Assembly: GCA_964019335.1 (NCBI GenBank)
Contig: OZ025680.1
Span: 372,001-436,000, forward strand
Length of the DNA stretch: 64,000 bases
DNA from: Diplonema japonicum
Lineage: Eukaryota > Protista > Euglenozoa: Diplonemea
Direction of reading: 5' to 3'
Shown here: positions 11,301-25,100 of the stretch, piece after piece
Layout of the letters: each line of letters starts with the position of its first letter
Numbering within the stretch: the first letter of the stretch is position 1
Made by a program: the position numbers and the translations under genes
Notes under the pieces: generated by a model
Databases searched by the model: none
Told to the model about the DNA's origin: nothing
What the model saw: the letters and a program-made list of their open reading frames with translations, nothing else

Positions 11301-14300
11301 TGCATCCCGGGCATCCTGCAACGCAATCGATTGTCACGTGAGCGACGCCTCCCACTGGCGCCACGCTGCGATAGAAAAGTGTGGAGTTGCTTCCTGATCC
11401 CGCTTTTTGACCAATGGCCACAACCTGTAGATCCAGCACGCCGCCCTGCTTGGCATCCACCTGCTCAGGGATGTTGAGAGCAAACCTGTTCGGTTCTAGC
11501 GTCCATACAGCGACGGGTGCCTTCATCTCGTTTTGCACGTTAGTAGGAAACGGCTGGTTGTTGAGGGTGAATTGGATGTCAAAGGACGGGGCGGGGTCGC
11601 CCGACAGTTCCAGGACAGCCACTCCAGGGCGAATTGATGGATCAGCAGTTTCACCATGCGGCGCACCGTTGTACAAGGAGCTGCCCGAGCTGATAGAGGC
11701 AGTGACTCTACCTGGTGTCACGGTGAGAGGCGTCCGTTTTCCGTTGACGATAATGGTCGTCACTGTCGCGAAGTTGTTGGAGACAGAAGGGGGAACGACC
11801 CCGAGCTGCACGGCTTCGACGGGATTTTGGCTGTAGAGAGGCAGCCATGGGAGTGGTGTGGGGCCGCCTGAGGTGAATGCACGGTCGCCAAGGTCGTCGG
11901 CGGTATATACTTCAAATTCCCAATTGCCTGCTGTGTTCGTATCGTTCATAAGCTGCACACGATCGCCGTTGTGCATAGGGATGGCGACCACCTGTGTCGG
12001 GTCCGTCAGTACTGTAAAGTAATGTGCGCTCACCGCAAAGTGCACCAAGCATTTGTAGCACGCTCTTGGAAGAGACAGCCTGATGGTAGTTGTGCCGTTA
12101 GCAGCAGTGGTCTGCCCCACATCAGTCGTTGGTGAGCTGATAGCCAACTGCCCCCCACCGCCATTCCCGTTGCTTCCCTTGTCGTCCAGCCTCAGGTGCG
12201 CGATGTTCGACCCTTCCCATGATGGGATGTTGTTGTTGTCCACCCTCCACGCCGTGAGCGAGAACGCCTTCCGTCGCCGCACAGCTACAGGTGGAATCCC
12301 TGCTAAGAGCCACAGCTGACCGCATGTTACAATCTTATATGTGCTGATGGAACCCACAGACGCCAGGCCGCCTGTGTACCCATAAGACCTTTGGGGAAAG
12401 CTCCCACTGTGCACCCCTGTGGATCCGTAGATCTCGAAGTAGAACCAAATCTCACACCTACTACAGGGGCGTGTGAAGAAGTAGGTCAGTTTACTGGATG
12501 ACTCAAACAATGATGCTCCCTTCCTCCACGCCCCGTTGATGTCCTCGGGCTTCACATCGCACGAAACGGTGGTCGCAAGCCCCGTAGACAGGAACCCGCC
12601 AGACCCGTACTTCATGTGCGAGGCGTCAAGGGCGTGGCGGGGGGATGGGTGCGACCACCTGCTGGTTACCCATACCTTGAATTGCGTGGTGCCGGCCACT
12701 GGCATGGACCATTTCCCGAAATTCTGAACAGCTTCAAAAGTGGTTTTGAACAGCTGCCCCACCGCCACAGTGCCGTCTGCAGCAGGTGTAGGGTTCACGT
12801 CGTCAATCACATGCACGTTGTTCACTTTGGGCTTCTCGATGGAGAAGGGTTTCGTCAGCTTCGTGCGCTCTGCGAACACCGGGTATTGGTTGACATCGTT
12901 CACCCCGTCTTGGAAACAGGTCTCCTTGTTGGTGGCTGTTGTGAAGCACAAGTTGAACTCCAGGATGCACGACTGACAAGGCGCCGTGAATTCAATCCAT
13001 GACGTGGCAACACCCCTGTTCGTGAGCACAGTGCCGGGAGTGCCAGGGGCAACAAATGCAGGTTGAACCACTGTGGGCAGAAGAAGGGTTTCGATGGAGT
13101 TCGTGGAAGGCAGCATGGCGTGCACGATGACATCGCCTCCATCATTGCAGCCCGACCACAGTCGCTTCTTTACTGTAACTAACGAAGGGCTGAACGCCCA
13201 GGCCCTGATTGCGGGGGAAACTGTTTGACCGTCGACCGTTGCAGTCTTGACAACAGTTTGGATGGGGAAGGGGATGCCGACAGCAGCACCATCACTGGCG
13301 TACCCCCAGCCAATTCCTGGCGTGTTTGCATATGTCCTGTAGTTAAGGGTGGTGACGGAAAGGTAGCGCTTCTTGGGGCATTCGTCGTCGTAGGTCACCC
13401 TGTCCATGACCTCCCACACAGTGTACGGTGTCATGGTAGGCATCGTCCACTTCACGGACGTCGACGTGTTAGTCGATGCAATGGTCTCATCAGGCGAAGC
13501 GAGGTTCGTGGCGGAGAACGTGAACTGCGTAGGCACCGCACGCTCCTCCAGCCCATAGAACGAAAACGTCCCCCTCATCTCTGCACCGCTCTGCAGGGCA
13601 TCTTCTAGCGATATATCCTTCGGCAAGGCATTCCGCACAGTCAACACCTTGCTCGTGATCCGGGTATCCGTAGCATCAGCCAGCAGGTTGCTTGTCTGAG
13701 CCCCAACCGTCTGACTAAGTACAGAGTACTCAATAGGCTTGTGATACACAATGTACCTGAGGGGGTCGTTCCGGATGGTGTAGTATGTAATGACCTTGAA
13801 GTCGAAGCGCGTGGCACCCTTGCCACACTCGTGTGTCCCTGGTACGGGGCTGCTCGGTAGCGTGGCTTTGAAGATGGCTGTGTGCATGGTGGCCGCCGAT
13901 GTGGGTATAATCCACAGCTTGATGTCCACACACGGGTTGTTGTCCTTCCACCCCTCTGCAGTGTCCACTTCGTCATTGCTTCCTAGCTTCGTGGCACATA
14001 TTGAGAGCGTCGCGCCCTTTACAGGTGGGCGTGACTCCACTGCTCCTTGCTGTTCCACAGCAATGATACCTTTTCCTTCTGCCGCGCTGACACCCTGGCT
14101 GTTCGAGGGCCTGATGAGCTTCACACTTGGGGCTCCAAAGGTGTATACGTATGTTGTTGCTTGTGCACCGTCGCTCTTCCCTGTGTACTTTGCTTCGTTC
14201 TCGTCGGGCGACCGCAGCTTTGTTGCTTCTGTCGAACACGGCGCTGAGATGCCTGAGCAGGTCCATATTGCGGTCGCCTGCCCGGCGGGTATTCTGGCTG

Positions 14301-17300
14301 TGATGTTCCTATCAGTAGGATCGTGCTCAACGATGTTTCCAAAGACCTCCCTGTAGAACCACACAGAGATGGCAAGGGATCCCGACCCAGACGGCGTGCT
14401 GTACCATTTGGTGCAGCCCTCAGTCTGGTTGCACATCGCAGTCGCACCGTTCACGTCGATCACCTTAATGAACTTCGTCGGAGGGCTTGCAACGCCCTTT
14501 CTGAGCTTCACGTCTACAGAACACGTCTCCGTCATTGTGTTCTTGAGGATGGTTCCTTGTAAGTCAGTGTCGTACGACATTCTAATGCTGTGGAAGAAGA
14601 TTTTCAGGTTTGTCAGGTCTGCCAGCGGCTGCTCACCTTGAAAAAACAGGTTATCAAATACAGCGGCCGTGCCACCAGTGACAGGGCGCATGTGGGCAGA
14701 GATGGTCTGGTTCTGCACAAGGTCCTTGCGCAACGCTGGTACCAAAAAGGGCATGTCACCTTCCTTAACATCCTTCGAGAAGTCTGAGAACACCCACCAC
14801 TGCGGCCACAGCACGTTCTGCCCTGCTATGTTCTTAGGTTCCACAGTCACAGAGAACCTTTCGGAGACCACAGAGCCAGCGGGCATATCTATTCCATTTA
14901 CTGCTTCAGGGTTGAGGGTGCACTCTATGGAATAGGTGTCATCAGTGAATGTCAAAGATACAAAACCAGACTGCGACGGTGTGAAGGATTCAGGACTGGC
15001 GCCCCATGTGCTGTGGAAAGAGAAGTCACATTGCACACAGGGCTTCGTAGTGCGAAGTGTCCACCTGGCTGCCCAAAGATTCTCAATTTTGGTGGGTTCG
15101 TACTTCCAGACCAAGCACATCCCGTCAGGACTGAAGTCCGTGCACGACGTGTTGGACCAGAGAGTCCCGTCATGCGGCATCAGCTGGACTCTGCTAGTGC
15201 CTTCATTGCTGTCGGTGATCATAGCAAAGATACTCCCGTAGTGGAACTCATCCGGCAGCCACACTCCTCCCATGGGCGTCCCTGGTATAACGGTAGCTAC
15301 AATTCCAGCGGTAATACTGCTTACTGCAGTAACTTGCGCACCATTGACCCCTTGTATCTTCAAACTCTGTGCCACCACCCGCACGGGGGTTCGTAGTTCT
15401 GCTGTCAAGCGCGTAGCGCCACTCTGAAAAGTGAACTCAATAGTGCATCCAGGAGGCGTGTTGAACCTGGAGCACCCGATGTTATTCTCAATACGGAACC
15501 ATTGTCTGAACCCAGCACCGACGCCCATGTTGCTAAGCGTTACCCCTGCTAGCACGGCAGAAGAGTACGCAGGGGATGTGCGTAGGTTCTTGTCACTGAA
15601 CACCACGTTGCCGTCCACTGTGTCGTGCCACGTTTGAAGAACTTTGTTCTTGTCCTGTCCGCGAACAACGGCACTGAGGGTCCAAGAGCCCACTGGGGAG
15701 TGTATGTCAGCCTTCATCGGGTGTGCACAAGGATCATTATCATCAGGGCACACCACATAAGACAGTTCGTATGGCAGCAACGATTCGACGTAAGAGCCAG
15801 GCATGGCGGTTAGCGTTGAAGATGGTTTCGTGAAGGTGTCGGGGCCTGGCTCTGCGAACCAGACCTGGGCAGGACTCCTCCCTGTCGAGGCTCCGCTCAG
15901 CCCCTTGAGGTCGAGTGACGTCACGTCACTGATTCGTATCGACTTCGGGATGCGTCGCTTGACATGGATCACAGCACGTACCCAACTGGTAGTTGTTGCA
16001 GGCTCCAGGAAATCGTTCAGTGCAAAGGACACATTGAAGAAAACGTAGCCCTCATCATAAATCACCTCCAAGTACGGGGTTGCCTTGTAGTCAAACCACC
16101 CACCCTGGTTCCACACCTGCCCTTTGAGCTCTTTCCAGCTGTTCGTCACGAACTTCATCCCGAGATCGTTGGGGATCCCCTGCCACGCTTCGTAGTCGAG
16201 CACGCTGTACTCAATGTTCAAGCTGCCGTTAGGGGCGAACTCAATAGGGCCCAGATATCTGGCCTGGATGTGCAGGTTGCATGGCTCTCCGTGATAGCAC
16301 GTCTTGACGTAGCACCGTTGAGACGTTGCGGTGCAGCCAAGTGAGGTCTTGGGTTCTGAAGGTATTATGGCAGGCAGCAATTCAATGCCATCCATCTGCA
16401 AAGCGTCAGGCCAGTGCGACTCGACGTTGACCCACAAGGGGTTCGAGTAGATGGGGTCAGCTAAGGGACTGTATTGCGCTGCAAATCTCAGCCCGCACCC
16501 AAAGGCGTTGTTCGTGAAATCGGTGGTGCATGCTGATCTGTACTGCAGCCTGAAAGTGACAAGACCACTGTCAAGGAATTGCCGCATCCCCGAGGAACCC
16601 CAACCGTATTTCACGCCGTTACTACTCGTGCAAGCCCCAGCCAAGTTCTGGACAACAAAACCTGTGGAGATATCGCTCCTGACAGGATTCTTGCAGCGAA
16701 GGTCGCTCCATGATGAAGGACTGTCGCAAATCTCCACCCACACGGAGTATGCTCCAAAGGGCAGCGTGCCTACTAAGGTAGCCGGCTTCACAACTACAGA
16801 TATTGTGCTCCCTGACCGCAGAATAGGTGTGTGGGACAGGTGACCGCTCAAAGGCTCGGTGATTACTTCTCGCGTGACGTGCTCGTACAAGGTCTGTGTC
16901 GTGGTGGGGTCGTACACCATGAACCTCACTGAGGAATTGTAGACGTGCAGTGATGTGATGTCTAGCAGAGTGGGTTGCACGTTGTTCGACCAGAACCCTA
17001 TTTTCAACACTTTGTTAAACACTTGGTACATGACACCGGCCTTCGCCACCCAACTATTGTCGTCAATGTTGTCACTAGGAATTCCGAACGCTGGCTCACC
17101 AGCCTTGTACAGGCAGACTTTGTACATGCCGTTGACAGATGTCTGTGAAGGGGGCAGTTCAAAGATGCTAGTGCCCTGCCATATCCTAGCGGAAGCATTG
17201 TTGACACGGATGAGATTATACCAACCAGTAGGTGGTTCCCCCCACACAGTGGGTACAGGTGGGCGCGTGCAAATTTGGTCCTCCGGAATAACCGTCACAA

Positions 17301-20300
17301 GGTCGGTGTAGAAACCTGTCACAGCCTGCTGTCTTCCAGCATTGTTCTGTGTCATGCACGGCACGCCTGTCCCAGGTGTTTCGCTGGGAGAGCACCACGA
17401 AGCCATCGAAGCAGCAGAGAACCCGTCGTAAGAAGTGCTAAGGCGCACGTCGTACATGGTGATGTTCTTCGTGTCGGTCGCGTCGAACTCCAAAAATGAA
17501 GGTTGTGTGTACAGGAAGTAGCTGTTGGTATCACCTGCTTTCAGCCACAGCCACGGGTCTGCCTCTGTCAGTCGGTAGCACACGATAAACTTTCCAGACT
17601 CAATAGGCATCTGGAAGCTTGCTTTCAGACCGCTTGTCTCGGTGGTCAACGACGGGCACTCGCCTGGTCTGGTGGGGTCTTCTGTGCAGCTTTCCATGTT
17701 CGATGCACCACCCACAGGTGGGGAATTTAGACAGCTGGCATCTGGAACATCAACCCACTTCCAATCGGTACCGTTGTTTGTGAACGGGGGGAACCTCGTC
17801 GAGGCCCTCCCCGCGAGGACCAGCTTGAACACATTCGTGGTGGCCACGCGTGCTGTCGATGACCCGCTGTAGATGCTGAAGTTGAAACCCCACCCACCGT
17901 CAGAGTCGGTCACACGAGGTGTGGCTGTATCTTTGTCCTTCACAAATTTCGTAGAAACACCCCCCAACGCCACAGAACCCCGGTTCGCAGCACCCAATAA
18001 CACAGCATCGTCGACTATGACCAGGTTGGGGCGGAGTGCAGTGTCTATGTTCCAATTCTGCATGACACTCTTCTTCGCATAAAAGGCAGGTTTGGTATTA
18101 AGTTCTCCCCGGATGACAGCCTGGTTGGGGATGCCACGCGCTTCAGCGATCTCGACCCATGCACTCCTTGTGACGGTGGCGATGGTGAATGTTGTTCTGA
18201 CACATATTTTGTATTCGATTCGTGTGTCGCTGCCATCCGGCGATGCCGGAAGGGTCATAACGGTCTCCGCAACGTCGGCAGGCCCGTCAGCAGGTCCCAG
18301 ATTGGTGATGCCCCTGGCACCAAGGTTTCCAAGAACACCTTCGATAGCTATGTGGCTGCTGCTGCCATGGTCGGTGACTTCATCGTAGGGAAGCACTGCA
18401 CCGTGGCATGCGTGGGTCTTGTCAACAAGCTTCGCAGCATCGCCGTTCGGTGACGTGTCAAAGACTTCAATGTTGGGCGTAGTGTCGCACGCGCCGTTAG
18501 CACCCACGTTGCACCTAATAAAGTTCACAACCGACATGCCCTGGTTGGTGGGCTCGTTCCCTGCAGTCACGTACCACCGCACGTTGTTATCGACAACGTT
18601 GAAGGGTAGTGGCGCCCGCCACCAAGACATGGAGTCCTCGGAATACTGCCTTACCTGCACACACAACCAGTGTTCCCCGTACTCCTGGGGGACGACCAAC
18701 CTGAACTCCATGTGTCTTACTGTCTGCCCCACCCTGAAGGCCCGTGTTGCTGACACCCTTTCAGAAGCCTCGGTCGAGGAGGGTGGGCTCAGGCAATTGT
18801 CATTGTCCCCAGGAACACGTTTCACAAGCTTGGCATACACCCCTGCGATGGCATCGGGAGGCACAGCTTTTCTGTTTGTGCTTGTGATGGCGTCGAGGAA
18901 CGTGAACTCGAACTCCTGCAGCTCGCCAGCCAGGAGCATACTCGCTGTCGCAGGGTATGACATGATCATCTTTGGTGCAGGAGTTATTTCCCACGTCTCA
19001 TTGAACAGTAACCAGTTCGCGTAGCCGCTCTGCTTGAAGCACAGCTTGTACCTATTAGTCCCTGACGCATCGAAGGGAGGAAGGGTCACGACAGCAGCAC
19101 TCTGGTCATAGTTCGAGTACTCATGGTCGTAGAGTGCAATGTCGTCGTAGATGTCTGGTGAGTTGATGACGTAGCTTACCAGATGCTTAGCATGGAGGCT
19201 AGATGCCACAGGACACTGCTGTCCACCGCACATGGTGTCTCTGGTGGCGGGGATGTAACCGCAAGGGTGCAACACGCTTGCCAATCCAGAGACAGCCATA
19301 GACCCACTGCCAAGCTTCTTGCAGTACAGTGATAGGTGAATATCAGCGAGATGCTGTTCACTCGCCCATGTGGTAGGATTGATGTCGCATCCCTCAGTTT
19401 CTTTCACAAGTCTGAAAATGTCACTGGCCGATGTCGGTGTCACAGGCCCTACACTCAGTTCGCTTGCGGTATCAGAGAAAAGGAACACGCTCTCCATACC
19501 AGCTCTGTCCTCGGCAGCTAGCATGGACAGCGTGCCTCCCGTCACAGGATCCGAGGAGGGGTACAGATAGCTGCTTGAAGAAGGCACCCAATCTTGTCTT
19601 CTGTAGTAATTGTTCGAGGGTTCTACTGCCCGCCAGTTCCATGCCCCCAATCTGTAGCACACCCGATACCCAGCAGAATACACATCTGGCACCTTCACAT
19701 AAAAAGTGGTGGTTAGAGCACTCGCTGTATCGGAGCTTGATCCTGGGCAGTTTGTGCTGTCTGTGAAAGCACCGCTGTTGTGGCACTCTGCCTCTCCGCC
19801 GTCTGTGCTCTCAGCTGCAATGGTAGGGTGGTTCTGGAAGCCACCATCAATGCACGGCCTGTCGCTACGAACGATTCGTAGGGCACTGCCAACAGTCTCA
19901 GCCACTGTGTCGGAGGATGAGAAGGTCCTGTTGTAGTTCCAGGCACGCTGGTCGAGTTGTTGTGTGTGTGTCAAGTTCAACATCTCGATGACAATGGGCC
20001 CCCACGAGCGTGCCCGGGTGTCGTTCATGTACCATGAGATCGGTGGGGGAGGTGCCTTGGCGGCCCACACGCTGTCGAGGCCGTACTCGCCTGGCACAAG
20101 GGGCTGTGGAGCTGTCTCGTAGCTCGGTGTGTACCACGAGCCGAGATGCCGCCACTTGATATCGACGGTGTCGTGGTGCCAAGGAAGCACGCGGTACCCA
20201 ACGTGCGGGGTTGAAGCCTTCCTGTAACACACATGCCATCTTGTCTGAGCTTTGGGAAGCCAGAGTGCGCTGTATGTTGCGGACAGTCCGTTCGTGTTGT

Positions 20301-22170
20301 CCTGCACTTGTTGAGCATCGGCAGGGTCGCCCGTCAAATCGGAGGAACCCACAGGCATGGGGCTGTCGTCCTCGACGAACCCACCTTGCCCGTCCGTGGC
20401 GTAGCCCCCTGGAGCGGTGCTGCGAGGGACATCCAAACCCTGGTCCCAGCACCCTGTGTTGGGAAAAGACCCCATCTGAGTGGCATCAAATGGCGACCCG
20501 CGGTAGGTCCGTGTTTCGCCGAACATGTTCACAGGCACGATCTTGAAGTAGTCGCCACCACCGACTGTCCAGTAATTAGTCGTCGCGAAGTGGGGGGTGG
20601 GGTAGGTGCCCGATGCCACGGGCGCATAGCTTTCCGTCAGTCTAATAGGGTTGACAGTGGGTACGGTGCTTAAGCTTCCCTGCCCACCATCATCGAACCT
20701 AATAGTTCCCCAAGAGCCAGGAGTGAGGTCGAACATAGTCCAACCGACTGCTTCTTCTTGCAGCGTGAAGTGCGTCTGGGAAGCTGACGCCGAACAGGAT
20801 AAGGTATTTGTGCACCTGTAAAGCTTTTTCCACAAAGGTATCGAGCCTATGGTGGAGTTGCTGGTGGAGTTGCGATTGGCAATTCGGTCCTCAAGTGTCG
20901 AGACGCAGATATCGTAGTTTTTATTTGTGTCGACTGGCAGTCTCACGTACACATAAGCATGGTGCTGCGGTCTCGTGTCCGCAGTGTACACGGTACTTTC
21001 CTTCCTCAAACCAAAATTTGCAAGCCCATACTTACCGCTTTCGGTCCAAGTATCCAGCAAGGGGTTCGAATATTGGGTACCAAAACGTCCCACGCCACCA
21101 GCAGAAGCGCCTTCAATCAACCCTGGCAGCCCGGAAGGTGTCCAGTACCCTTGCTCGTCGATAGCGTTGCTGCCGTAGTACTCCGCTCCAAAGGATTGCC
21201 GCTCGTAAGTGCAGGACGAGCCCATCGGGACGATCTTCAAGTTGTCCCCATGGCCGCAGGGGAGCAAGGAGTCGTAACCTGTACTCGCCCCGCAGCTAGA
21301 AGGGGGGTACGTGAAGTCATGGATCCTTCCCAGCAGCTGGATGATAGCGTATTGCCCATTCGTGGCTTCAGGGAGGTAGTACCACATGTTACTTTTATCA
21401 GAAGCGAAGATGTATTTATCTTGGTGTTCATCAAAAGGAACACGAAACGTGAGCCACGAATTCAAAGAAGGGTCTCGTACAAAGGGGTCTACTTGGGTGT
21501 GCTTGTAGCAAATCACAAACTGTTGACCCTGCCGTGGGGCGGTGAATGTAACGTGAGCTTTTGCGACGAATCTGTTACCTTCTTCCGCCTCGACATCTGA
21601 AAGGCCGAAGGCGAGAGTGGTGTAGAGAGGGGTGTCGGTGGTGGTGTACTTGCTGCAGTCTGCATCGTTGATGGAGGTCCACGCGAAGAGCCTGGTCTCC
21701 AGTGTGCCATAAGCAGATGTGTTGAAAAGATCAAGCGTGGTGTCAAAAGATGTAGCGAGTTGCAAGCGTAGTTCCTGACCTTCCACAAAGCTGTGCGAAC
21801 TTAGTGCAGTTGTGTAGTTGCTGAAATAAATCCTGGTGCCTGTCTGAGTCTCGGAGTGCGTGTCAGTCAGAGAAAATGTATCAGTCTGCGTGAGTGTCTT
21901 ACTCTGCGTCAGTGACACTGTCGCAGTTCCCGTGGGCAGCGTCATCGTCTCTGTCCCTGTTCTCGTCAAGCTCACTGTTGCCGTCTCTGTCCCCAATGTA
22001 TAACTAACAGAGTCCGTTCTAGTCGGAAGTGACGCAGTCACTGATTCGCTTATACTATCTGTGTTCGTTGTCATCGTCTGTGTCATGGTTTCTGTCCGAG
22101 TTGCTCTCGCTGTCGCCGCCACCAGTAACCATACCCACACCCGCACCAGCATGCTTAGCGTCTCATGCAT
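8388..22170 (-). CDS. Giant secreted/surface protein, ~4,561 aa, with signal peptide, Thr-rich stalk, Cys-containing repeats and a GPI-type C-terminus; 3 exons
   Basis: 13.3-kb first exon. Introns 8777-8826 and 8579-8625 extend the frame to ...PTAAPPVTLEPTSVPTFSPATPAPSVLSPIDDAPRPVPVLSFLICCILSLVLLQ*. The N-terminus MLVRVWVWLLVAATARA is signal-like. Confidence 0.85.
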
Positions 22171-22173
22171 TAG

Positions 22174-25100
22174 TCAGCATGCCTGTTGTGGTGTAAAAGA
22201 GTGGGGGGAAGGGGCAGCAAGTTTGGCGGAGAAAAAATAAAGAGTACACAGAAGAGGGTTGTAAAATCTAAGTAAGCCCTCGCAGTGCTCGTTCTCTATG
22301 TCATCCCTTGCAGATGTTTCATTCATTTGCAGAAAACTGAATGCTGTGCCTGAAGGCATCATACAGTCACGTTGCTGCGTGGTGTGTGTTAAGGTCCTGC
22401 TCACCTGCAGCTGCCGTGCTGACTCGTAAGATATAAGCTCGAGAAGGACAGGGATCATAGCAGCAGAGGCGTCGGTACTACAAACGCGACGCGCGGGGGG
22501 AGGCAGGGGGGCGGGGCATTGTTCCATCCACTGTGCCTCAAGGATGGCACGTGCAGATGCTTCGATACTTAGCAAAGCTGCCAGACTACCAGCCCACATG
22601 TTGCATTCTGTGGTGCACAGTCCCGCACAGTCCTTATTAACAAAGTCTAAGCCTTGTTTCATCTCACGGTTCATGGCACCGATCTCGTCGCGCAAGGCGT
22701 GCAACTGCAGCTCTGTTTTGTCAGCTTTGCGTACCTCTCCTTCGATCTCCTCGTTATGTGCTGCTTTTTCCTTGTGCATTGTGTCTTGCAGGGTTGCTTT
22801 TGCTTTCTTAAGTACATCAACATCCTCTTCCACTTCAGCCACCTCGGAACAGAGCCCTCCTAGCCTTTCATACAAACCCGTCACATCATCCTCCAGACCT
22901 TCTGCCCGTGCAAGCAAACGCTGCTCGGCAGCTATCCCCCGCATCTCCATCCACCGATATTCATCCATCAGCCGTGAGGCTGTGTCCTGCTCTTCCGCCT
23001 CTATTACTTTTAGTCTTTCCACAGACTTAACTTCCAGGTCCTTCAGGGGACGGAACATACCATACAGCTCGGGGGTGTCAGGGTCCGCATCTGCAAGCAC
23101 CGCTATCTCTCTTTCCCTATCCACGAGATCGTTGCCTGCCTCACGCATCTTCCTTCGTAGCACTTCATACCCCACCAGCCTGTCCAGCAGCAGCAGCCTC
23201 TCGCCCGCCTCACTGTGCAGCATGTCTAATGACATCCGCAACTCCCTCACATACAGCGCCTCTCTCGCATTTTGCTTCTTATCAAGTGTTGTGGTCAGCT
23301 GGCGAAAGAACTCGACCGTTCCCTTTTGCTCCCTTGCGAGTTCCTCCTCTGTGTACAGGTTCTCCGCAAACTTGAAGCACCACGCCTGCGTTGCCATGGT
23401 AAAGATCCGCTGCTCCGCAACTTTGCAGGCTGCACTCCTGACGCCTGCCTCGTTGTGCACCGTGTTGATGGCATCACATGCAAGCTCATGGTGTTCCATG
23501 CTGTCCTGCAGCAGCATAGAAGCATCTGTGCCGACACTGCAGGCACCCCATGTTGGCATTCGCTGGGGGGGTTTGGGGGGGAACCTTGTGCACACTGTGC
23601 AAGGTGTCATCGGTTCTGAGGAAGACGACGACAAAGAGTCGTACACAAGCACTTCTTCTTCCTCCTCTTCAATCACTTCCTCCTCTTCAACCACATCCAT
23701 GCAATGGCTCTCATCACTCATCATGTCGTCATCGTCGGAGTCCTGCACATACGAGACGGGAGACTCACTCATAGGTGAGTACGTTAGCCTCTGTGTCACC
23801 GTAGCCACCGCAGGAGGGGGCGTGGTGATGACAGGAGAGGTACAGACGGGCATGTTGCCGTTAGTATCTATGGCCATGTCCTTCGCAACACCTGCCAGTA
23901 CGACAATACGTTGCACGATCTCCTCCTGTCGAATCCTTGCACGGGCTGATTCCTCTAGAATGTCCACTGTCCGCAGGACGTGTTCATTGCACTCTGGGAA
24001 CAACGCTTCGGTGTAGTACGTAACAACATCAAAAAAATGCGCCTGCTCATCAACAATGTTCAGCCTCAGAAGCTCCTCCTGTTCTTCCACCATAGTCTGC
24101 GGCAGTAAACTCACCCTGCACACCCGCTCAGACAACATAAGCGCTGCGAACTTTGTGTGCGGTGGGCAAAGCGTGCCTCGCCTATCTGGCTTCTTGTCTT
24201 TGAGGCTTTTCAAGAAGATGGCGTCTGCCAGCTTGACATCGAAGGCCTCGTGCAACTGCTGCACTTCCCGTGCGAACTCAGCTATGGTGCGTGCTTCCAG
24301 ATCGAAGGCTTTCCTCAGCTCGGACGCCTCGAAAATTTCGTTTCGTTTGATTCTGAATCTTTTTGTGTCCTCTTTATCGGTCAGAAGGAGGACCTGAGTG
24401 CTCAGGGACAGGGTGGTGGGGTTTTGTATCCGTATTTCCTCTCGCTGTTTGTCTAGGATCTCTTGGAAAGCCGGGACGGCTGCGAGGCGCGCCTTTGCCT
24501 GGTCTTGAAGAGTGGTGTCGAGAAGCCGTTCTTTCCAAAGGAAGACAGACCGTTCGTAAGGCTGCCGGTTGCGAAGCGCAACAAGTTCATCATGTTGAAG
24601 AACATGGTGCACAACGTGGTCCCGACGCCACTTGGCCTTGATGCTTAACCTTTCACGGGAGTGCACACGGCTATGTGCAGTCGGCGGTTGCTCGTGGTCT
24701 TTGGGTTCACCAGTGTGGGGCACCGCATGTGTGTCACCATCGGATGGGCTCAACAGGTGGCTAAGAACATCAGGATTGACCCATGGAAAACGGAAATTGA
24801 GAAATGCGGAAAGAATGATTTCAGAACGGGTCTTGACAGGACGCAGGTGTGCCATGTGTTGAAGGACTTCATCGAGAACCGAAGGTGATGTGAAGAGAAG
24901 GAGCATGTCTGCTGTTCGGGTGCCGACGTGGGCAGGGAAGATGTTGGGTAGCAAGCCGTTTTTAGATATTTTGCCGCTGCTTCGCAGGTGGTTGCCCTTT
25001 GCCAACAAACCCCCCACAAGCCTGCCGTGAAGCTCTACTTGCACTTCCATTGCATTGGCCGTGAACAGGATCCCCCCCCTTGCGATCGCCTCTTCTCCCT

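Noticed and set aside
22544-24016. Long plus-strand ORFs (490 aa here; others over the 8.8-22 kb and 38-40 kb genes)
   Set aside because: Ser-rich antisense shadows of minus-strand coding sequence with no protein motifs.
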